Assembly: GCA_001275005.1 (NCBI GenBank)
Contig: JWZX01003142.1
Location: forward strand, 1-34,615
Reading direction: 5' to 3'
Length of the DNA stretch: 34,615 nucleotides
Source of the DNA: Chrysochromulina tobinii
Taxonomy: Eukaryota
Part shown: in pieces, positions 10,885 through 19,500 of the stretch
How the letters are laid out: each line of letters starts with the position of its first letter
Numbering within the stretch: position 1 is the stretch's first letter
Translations under genes and position numbers: made by a program
The notes under the pieces: generated by a model
The model's input: only the letters and a program-made list of their open reading frames with translations
Database searches by the model: none
What the model was told of the DNA's origin: nothing

Positions 10885-12832
10885 ATGCTTCGCTTCGCCT
10901 CTAAATCAGCCGCCGCGATCGGAGTCGGCCTCGGCGTTCAAGCCGCACTCCGGCCGAAGCCCAATTTAGACGACTCAAAGGCCGAGGATGTGGACGCCTT
11001 GATCATTGGCGGCGGCATCATGGGAGCCACTGTCGCGCTTATTGATCAAGCTACTGCAGCCCGACTGGAAGGTTAAGCTCGTTGAGCAGCATAACAGAGT
11101 AGGACTGGAGGCGTCTAACGAGTGGCACAACGCTGGGACGGGTCACGCGGCGCTGTGCGAGCCAAACTACACACCATACTCCAAGGATGGCAAGACGGTG
11201 GAGATCGACAAGGCCGTCGCGACGAACAACAAATTCATGACGTCGCTTGCCTTCTGGTCCTTCCTCGTGGAGAAGAGCATCTTGCCCGACGCGACCTTCA
11301 TCCAGCCTGCGCCGCACATTCTTTTCGTCCATGGTGAGGAGAAGCGCGAGTGGCTCAAGCGGCGCGTCGAGAAGCTCTCGAAGCTGCCGGCCTTTGCGGC
11401 GACCGAGTATTCGGAAGACTACGACACGATCCAAAAGTGGTCGGGGCTGCTGTGTAACGGCCGGCCTCGGTCCGGCGGCGAGGTTATCGCCGCCTCGCGC
11501 CACCCTGATGGCACGGAGGTGAACTATGGGCTGTTGACTCGCCATCTCGTCCAGAGCTTCGGCGAGCTGGGAGGCGACGTGCAGCTGCTCTCGACGGTGA
11601 CAGCGTTGCGCCAGCAGGCCGACAAGCGCTGGCTCGTGGCCGTGCACAAGGCCGACCTCACTGACAGTAACCAGGTGGTGAGGGCCAGGTTCGTCTTCGC
11701 GGGCGGAGGTGGCGGTTCACTCAGCCTGCTGCAGATGGCGGGAATCCCCGAGGTTCAAGGGTACGGAGGCATGCCGGTGAGTGGCAAGTTCTTGGTGTGC
11801 CAGAAGCTTGATGTCGTCGAGCAGAACCTGAACAAGGTGTACGGGCCGGCCGCGGTGAGCGCGCCACCGATGAGCGTGCCGCACATCGACTTCCGGTCGC
11901 TGTATGGCAAAGACGTGATCTTCTTCGGACCGTTTGCAGGCTTCAGCCCGATGCTCTTCAAGGTGTCTGGCACTCCGCTGGATTGGCTCGCGACGATCAA
12001 CTGGCACAATGTGCTCCCAATGGCGAAGATGGCGATGAGCAACCTGCCGCTCGTCAAGTACCTAATAAAGGAGATTTTCGCATCAAAGGGGGCTCAGCTC
12101 GAGGCACTGCGCGAGTTTTACCCGGCTGCGAAGCCTGAGGACTGGACAATGGTGTGGGCCGGCCAGCGCATCCAAATCGTCAACCCCAAGGGAGAGCTGC
12201 AATTCGGTGATGACTCGCCCCTGGGTGCCGCTGAGTGCCACTGGGGATCAACCCCAAAGGAAAGCTGCAATTCTTTGCCGCTTGGACGCTGAGTGAGTGA
12301 GTAGTGCCGCTGACTGAAGGTCTCCCTCGTTACTGTAGGTACCGAGGTCCTCTCGTCGAAGGATGGCACGCTCGTCGGGCTGCTCGGGGCGTCACCGGGT
12401 GCGAGCGTCTCGCCTCAGATTGCTCTCGAGGTGATCAACAAGTTCGACAAGGGCGCGAACAGCGCGTTCCAATGGCACCTGGCGCTCTCTAAATGGATCC
12501 CATGCTACGGGCGAGACGTGAACAAGGAGCCTGGCCTGTACGACCAGATCATGAGCAAGGCGCGCAAAGTGTTGCTAGCGGGGAACACCGCCGGGTATCG
12601 CTCGTCCCGCGTAAACACGGCTCATTTGTTTGACTTGATCGACTTGGACCACGATGGAACGCTCACCATGAAGGAAGTCTCTAAGTACTTGCTCGGTCAG
12701 GGGATGGCGAAGGAACAGATCCAGGCGCTCGTGAACGCGCTCGACACCGATAAGTCTGGGACCATCAGCCGCCAAGAGTTTGACGAAGGCTTTGGCAAGG
12801 TGGTTAGCAGCCTCCTGCCGAAGTCTGACTAA
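10885..12832 (+). CDS. mqo: Malate:quinone oxidoreductase (FAD-dependent, bacterial Mqo type) fused to two C-terminal EF-hands; join 10885..~11040, +1 frameshift, ~11042..12206, intron, 12339..12832 (~604 aa)
   Basis: FAD motif LIIGGGIMGAT; Mqo signatures EASNEWHNAGTGHAALCEPNYT, GTEVNYG, FVFAGGGGGSL, PVSGKFL, KVYG...APPMSVPHID, FGPFAGFS and AGQRIQI; after splicing LQFGTEVLSSKDGTLVGLLGASPGAS; EF loops DLDHDGTLTMKE and DTDKSGTISRQE. Confidence 0.9.
12207..12338 (+). other. Spliceosomal GT-AG intron (132 nt, phase 1) in mqo
   Basis: TTC G|gtgatg...ctgac...actgtag|GT ACC; removal restores the conserved LQFGTEV and removes an in-frame stop at 12290-12292. Confidence 0.9.
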
Positions 12833-13289
12833 GACGCACCCGCTGTGGGTCCTGTCTAGCGTCGTCGTCGTGATTCTGTATTTCATATTTCGGGCAAGCA
12901 AGCCTGATCGACTGGGACGGGCTCTAGACTCTGTCAGTCGTACCACATCGTGCCGTGCCCCTGCCCGTGTGCGCAGACGGGCCGCGCATGAGGGTTGAGG
13001 CCGGCGGTCGGGTACCCGCGCCCCGCGCGGAACGGGGGGGGGGCGGTTGTGACGGGGCCCCGGCCTCGAGCCTGTGAGAATTTTGTTGTTAAGACCAGTC
13101 CCGAGTCCTGTGCGCCCCCGGAACGCCACTGAAGCCAAGCCACACCGCCAGCCCCGACCGCACATTTAGTCACCATACGCGTGCTCAGCCCTGCATACCC
13201 TATCGATCACTCTCCGCCCTGAGGCTGCGCAGCCGCTGCAATGCTGCGGCTGATGGCCTGCCGCCCGCGCCTTAGCGCAGCCCCGACCC

Positions 13290-15030
13290 TCAATAATAGA
13301 GCACTGGGCTGCTGAGCACCGCAAAGCCCGCGCACACGCCCCCCTCATCGACACCTTCGAGCTTGACGCGGAGGAGATGGCCAGCGGAACGGTTGGCGAG
13401 CACACGCTTGCCATCCGAGAGGATCACGCCATAGACGCCGAGCTCGCACGTGGCGGCGCCGCCGTCGAGTATCCCCTCGCGCATGAGCGGCATCTGGTGC
13501 GAGGGCGGCCGAATGCGCTCCATGAGGATGTACGAAGAGCGCTCCTCGGGCGACATGGTGCGCAGCGCCTGAGCGAGCTCGGCGAAGTAAAAATTGTTGC
13601 CGCCACCCTCTCGCTGCGGTTTGAGTACGAAGCCCTCGGGCTGTGCGATGGCCGCTTGCACGATGGCGTCGACGGCGGCCCCGCCATCGGCCTCGAGGCC
13701 GTACAGCTTGGCGAAACACGTGCGGAGCAGTGCGGCGTCGGCGGCGGGTAAGAAGCGCTCGACCTCGCCAGGTTGCGCGAGTACCTGCTGCACCTTCTTC
13801 GTGCCGGCCAGTTGCTGGTGCACCGACGGGCACTTGACGCACAGCGAACGCTCGAGCGTCTCGCGTGCCGCCCAGTCGGCCTCGCCCGTGTAGTCGCCCG
13901 GCGCGTAGCCCGCGCGGAAGTAGGCGACACTCACCTCGACGAGGCCGCCCAGTGGCGCAGCAACTGTGAGCCGCCGGCTGTCAGCACTCAGCACGCCCGT
14001 CGCGTGCACCTGTGCGAGAGGCCATCAGACGCTTTCAGAGGCCATCGGAGGCCATCGAAGGTCATCAGAGGCAATCAGAGGTCATCAGCACGCCTGTCGC
14101 GCGCACCTGCGCGAGAGGCATCCGAAGCATAGGCACGCGATGTTCTCGCCATAGCTGCTCCTCGAGGCCGCGTTGATCGATCACGTTGCTCTCGGTGGTC
14201 GCGACGATCATGAGCACAACTAGGCACGGGGCTGGCGTGCCCGCGGCCGACACGAGCGACGCGTACTCATCGTGCGCTTGCGCGAGCGCCGCCGCCACCT
14301 CTCGGACAGAGGCGTTGCTCGGCAGCGCCGCCTCGACCTCCGCGGCCGACGTGGCGTTCATCGCCGCGGATAGGCCGGGCCGCCCGCGCACGACCTCCGC
14401 GTGTGCCGTGTCTGTGAGTGCAAGGTCGACCGCGAGGCGAGCGACAGTGTGCCGATGCAGCTCACACATCTTTGCAGAGAGCGACGGGAACGAAACCGAG
14501 ATTGTGTTGAGCTCCACCTGCAAGATGCGCGGCGTCGCGTTCGCGCTGGGTTGTTCGATCATATAGTCGGAGCGGTTGATACTGAGCTGAAGCGGCTGCA
14601 CGACGCCCTCCGCCGTCACGCGCTCCGCGATCTCAAGCAGCCGCCGTGTGAACTCATCGTGCTCGACGGTTGTGCGCACCACACGAAAGAGCCAGTTCGT
14701 GTCGCGCGCGCACTGGTCGACCAGCATGTTGAAAGGCTTCGAGAGCGAGATCGCCTGGGTGAATAGCGATGCCGGGAATGGGTATGGCAGCAGCGAGCAT
14801 GGCGCGTGCTTAAAGGGGCCCTGCGCGCCGAGCAGCGCGCCGTGGCAGGCCGCGAAATGCAGCGTGTGTTCGCGGAGGGCCTCGCACACGGCGGCTGGAA
14901 GCGACGCGACCGACATTTTGCGCTGCCGCTTGCCTTGTTGCGCGTCATTTGAGCCAAGGACATCCGCCATGGAGCTTCTGGAACTCGCGTCGATCGTCGC
15001 AGGGGCTGGGAGCTCGACGGACGTATTCAT
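13290..15030 (-). CDS. GSS: Glutathione synthetase (eukaryotic type); two exons (15030 or 14970..14107 and 14009..13290)
   Basis: Motifs INRSDYM, QVELNTIS, YFRAGYAP, KCPS...QLAGTKKVQQ, FVLKPQREGGGNN, YILMERI, ELGVYG and EGGVCAGF. Confidence 0.93.
14010..14106 (-). other. Spliceosomal GT-AG intron (97 nt, phase 0) in GSS, filled with about seven 10-bp CTCTGATGGC-like repeats
   Basis: Minus strand GCG CAG|gtgcgc...ctcgcacag|GTG CAC; splicing joins the two GSS ORFs in frame. Confidence 0.9.
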
Positions 15031-15541
15031 ACGGAAGGATTAACGCTGCTCCTGTGAAACACACCAAACCCCAAGCACGGGGCCTCTTCGCAAAGGACGG
15101 AGGTGTGGCCGTCACAGGCCCTTCCCCGTTCCTAACGAAACCCGATAGTACCGATGGGGCCGCGTTCACTTGATTTTTCGCCGGCGCGGCACGACGCACA
15201 ACCACCGTTCCGTGGTCGAGACACACCGTGGAGAGCGCAGACAACCAGACATGCATTTCTGTTCAACACAACGAGGCGTCCTCAGCACGAGGACCACGCA
15301 TCATATTGGTGTCCACACAATCTCGCAAATACCAGGGTGAATTGAAGATCATAATTACCGATACGTTTGATGGACGCGGAGATCTGACTAGAAATAGAGA
15401 CTCTGACTAGGCCCTCGTGAAGTCCGTCGCCCACTCATAAGCGGCGTGCACTAGAAAAAGTGTCAAGACAATATACCAACGTTAGAGCGTCCATCAGCGA
15501 TTCCCTCTGCTCTGGTCTGAGGGTGCACCGGACTCCGTGGA

Positions 15542-16225
15542 CTACTCTGATTTGTCTGTCGGCTCTTCTTCCTCGTTCCGAACGAAGCGCCCCGGAAGCC
15601 GCGTCGCCTTGAAGTCGGCGATCACCATCACGGGGAAAATGGCATTGTACGAGCGGATGATGCCCTCGAGCGTGAACTGCAGCTTGTCATTCACCTTGAG
15701 AGCCGCGCCCGCCATGTAGTAGTCGCGCCCGGTGAGCAGCCCGAGCGGCGTCGAGCGGATGACCTCGATGATGCCGTCCTTGAGCGCCCACCTGCCGCCC
15801 GTGCCAAAGCCACCCGCGGAGCCGCCCCAGACGACGGAACCGTCGGAGAGCAGCGTAAACTCCTGCTGCTGCATGCCGCCCTTGAGCCAGCTGTCCTCAC
15901 GCGGCGTGGCCGCGATCGACCACTTGGTGTTGACGAGGTCCTGCATAGCCAATTGTTGCTCGGGTGGCTCCTGTGGCTGTGCGAGGGCCGATTGTTCGGC
16001 CGCCTCTGAGGGGGCTGGATCGTCGAACCATGCTGGCAGCTCGTATTCAGACGCCACCTCGGGTTGCGGCGTGGTCTCCTGCAACCGGAGATCGCGCGTT
16101 CGCGGAGCGGCAGCAGCGATGCGGCAGACGAGGCTGTGCGTGGCGCAGCCGACCGACAGCGCGGAGGCCGTCGCCGCGCACGCCACCATGAGGCCGACCA
16201 CGAGCCGTCGGTGCGCCGATGACAT
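15542..16225 (-). CDS. Hypothetical protein with probable bipartite (signal plus transit) plastid-targeting leader and beta-rich C-terminal domain
   Basis: ATG at 16225 gives MSSAHRRLVVGLMVACAATASA-L: a hydrophobic core, an ASA cleavage-like site, then an Arg/Ala-rich segment; globular W/G-rich C-terminus. Confidence 0.6.
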   Translation of the reverse strand: MSSAHRRLVVGLMVACAATASALSVGCATHSLVCRIAAAAPRTRDLRLQETTPQPEVASEYELPAWFDDPAPSEAAEQSALAQPQEPPEQQLAMQDLVNTKWSIAATPREDSWLKGGMQQQEFTLLSDGSVVWGGSAGGFGTGGRWALKDGIIEVIRSTPLGLLTGRDYYMAGAALKVNDKLQFTLEGIIRSYNAIFPVMVIADFKATRLPGRFVRNEEEEPTDKSE

Positions 16226-16515
16226 CTTCCTGGGTCTCGATCTCGAGAATGTTTGATCGAGGTGTGAATTTGAGCTGAGCTCGTGTGATAAAAAAAGTGT
16301 GTCCGGTGTCACTGTTAACAAAAGAGCCCCCAAAAGATGCAATCCTAATTTTATTACGAAGGGAGCTTGGCGTGGGGCTAAAACCACATGGCTTAGGGAC
16401 CTACGTTCGAGTATACCTGAGGAGACCTCGAGACAGCCTGGACGTGCAGCCTGGACGATCGACAGTTCTCGATCGACAGTTCAGAGCGATCGAACGGATG
16501 ATCACGGAGGCGTGT

Positions 16516-19500
16516 TCAGCTGATAAGCTTGGCTGAAGCGGACTGCTGGTAGAGGGATCCCCCTGGCTTCTCTGCTGCCATGATGCAATCCATCGCACAC
16601 GCGTGGAGGTCGCGGATCACTTGGTCGTGCACCGGAAATTTGCCGCTTTCCAATTTGGAGAAGACTTGCACTGGGCCGTAACGGGTGTTCGGCATTGGAC
16701 CGAGCAACGTCACGCTGACTTCAAAAGCGCCCGAGCGAGGCTGCCTGGCAGCGGAGGCCACCACCGACGGTTTTCTGGAAAATCTTTCTGCCGGCGCGTT
16801 GATCAACTTGTGAGGCCTGTCGAGGATGCCCCGTCCCCCGCCCGAGTGCCATTGCTTGCTATGCTCACCGAGTTGCTTCTGGTTCTGCTTCGCCGATCGT
16901 AAGGTTCCGACGAGTACGACGGATTTGGGGAGTGATAGGCTGACGCCCTTTGATGGGGCGTGCGCCTCAACTGGTTGCTCGTCAGTCTGATCTCGACCAC
17001 TGGGCACTGTCTCGAAATTGACGGCGATCGTTGCCGATGGCAAGGCAGCCTGGACGAGCTCCTTGAGATGCTCGAAATGATCGACATACGTATGACTGAA
17101 AAATCGATTCAATCCGTGGAGCGATGGCCTCATCTCCGTGCAGTATTCGATGTGCACGACAAACTGATGATGTGCGGGCGATGGCACTGGACTCAGCGTG
17201 CCTAATACTTCCCAGGCAGCCTTCCAGCTCGCTTTTCGTGACCCTAGCGCCCCTTCCTGCTCTGAGGCTTCCGTCTCGGCGCCAGGGTTGCAATTGGCAT
17301 CCATCCCGTGTTCGACGAGTGGTCGTGGGCCGCTTCCGGCTGGCAACAAACGCTTTAGATGCTCGGAAACAAGCTGTTGCACGCGGCTTCGCATCTGCGG
17401 CGCGAGCGCGCTGTGATAAGGCCATCGACCCTCGGCGAGCTTAGAAAAGATGGTCAGCGGTCCGTAGCAGTGCTGCACCTCTCCTGACGAACGCAGCAGG
17501 ATGGCCACCTCAAATGAGCCCAGACGTGGAGTGAATGCAGCAGCAGCAGCAGCAGAGTCTGTGTGGATTCCAAGGCTTCCTCTTCGGATGAGGTTTGCCG
17601 ACGCGGGACGGACAGTGCCAGCAGCGGAGAGCGATCCAGTGCCAAAAGCATGCTGCTGGGGCTGCAAGTCAAAGGCAATCGAGCCCCGGCTCGTTGACCA
17701 CGAAGTGCACGTTCGAGGTATCGCCTCCAAGCATTTCCTCGACCAGCGCCTTGAGCTTCGTGCAATGGTCGACGTACGCCTGACTGCTACCCATCAGCGA
17801 CCCATTACGCGAAGGGCGGCGCGCCACGCAGTACTCGATACCGATTTCCAGTACACAATCGTCGGGAAGAGGCTTGATGACAACTGCTTCCGTTCGGACA
17901 AAGAATTTGGAGTGTTTTGTGAGAGAATCCTGCCCATCGCTGGAGTGCGTGGTTGATAAAGCGTCTGACCTAGCGTCCTCTGCGTCGCGCTGGCTTGACC
18001 GAGAGACCATGAAGAGACGCTCACGCAATTTGTCTTTCTGACTCTGGTGGAGCTTGTTCAGTCGGCGCAATCCCGACTGCCACACGCTTTCGGAGCTGAT
18101 TCGAAAGCAACCTCCTCGCCGTATGCTGACGTAGCCACGAAGCATGCCCGCCCACTCGCGCACGATGTTGAGAGCGTTTGCAAGCTCGGCAACCCTCAGT
18201 CGCTCGTCAATTTGTTCGACAAATGCGCGAAGCTCGCGGCGCTCTAGTATGACCACCACACCTTTGTCGTTGCGGTGCGAAAGCATCGAGTCTGGGGCTA
18301 GCAGCACTTGCTGCTTGAGGCGCAGGGCTTCGAGAACTTGCGCACAACTCCTGCTGACGTGTGACTGCATCGATGCCACAATGGAGATGGCTTCCATGTG
18401 GTGCCGCGTCGTAAATTCGAACTTCACACTATCCCTCACGTCAGGGTCGATGAGTGAGAGCTGCTGGCCATCCGCGCGGTAGCGACGCTCGGCAACTTCT
18501 TTTGCATGCTGGCTATCGGTAGCCAACCGCATTTGCAGCTGCTTTGCTGCCATATTTTGTGCCCCGGCCATCAGCGTCGACGCCAACTCGTGCAGATCTG
18601 CATCCGGTATCGAGGTGGAGTTGAACTGCCGCAGCTTGTGCAGCACTGCATCACGATCAATGCCCGGTGGCCCGTCGCCATTCGTGCGAGCACAGTTGAG
18701 AATGCGCGTGGGGTCAGCGAGGATCCACTCACGCATGCGTTGCACTTCCACGCTGCGCTTTCGCAAGCTGAGCAGGTGTGCATCCCATCTCTCGAGGTCC
18801 GCTTTTCCCTGGAGGCACTGCACTGTCAGCGAATCTAGACGGTGCATGGCGGACATGAGGAGCTGCCCTCCAAGGGTTGCTGCCTTTTCAACGGTCAGCT
18901 CGAGGCTAGGTGTATACTGCATCGAAGACAGCGGCGGGGGTGAAGGCGGGGGTGAAGGTGGCATCTCTCGCAAGGGTGGGGCAATGCCAACCTCTTCCGC
19001 TGCCGTTGCAAGCTGCTGTTGAATCTGGTCCGTAGACTCTAAGGCGATGGCATCCCTGATTTGAGCAGAAGAAAGCTGGATATTAATGATCTCTTCCATA
19101 GGCACTCGTCGGCCGACGAGTGTAACGACTTCCTTTCTTGGTGGGCGAATGTCCTGGTCCGCGATCGTCCTGCTTGACGCCGACAATCCTGCTGACGCCA
19201 GTAGACCGACATTGCGAGTGTCTTTCTTGACGCCGAGCAATCGCTCCAACTCTTCGGCGCTTGGCGCTCGCCGAGCCATCACCGCTTCTGTTCGATTGTC
19301 ATTCAACTCATACTCGCCGGCATCTAGGTGTAATCCATTAAAGTAACTTGTGATGGGCTCCAACATCCTTCTCTGCTCGTGCCTGATGGAGCGCAATATT
19401 CTCGTTTTGTGCCGAGACACAAAGCCACGCGAGTATCTCTGAAGTTGCTTCGCCGCGCGCAGCTTTGGGAATGGCTCGGCGGTGGCACAGATCATCTTGC

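Noticed and set aside
12990..13070. G-rich tract with a G10 run between the convergent mqo and GSS 3' ends (possible G-quadruplex or terminator)
   Set aside because: Unremarkable in a GC-rich genome, and no specific function can be supported
17665..17680. CTT TGA C on the minus strand, identical to the bacterial RF2 +1 frameshift site, and CTT A at the mqo slip resembling the yeast Ty1 CUU-A site: possible programmed +1 frameshifting
   Set aside because: Each slip is explained equally well by one extra base in an adjacent homopolymer, the six slips share no motif and two are -1, so assembly error is more parsimonious
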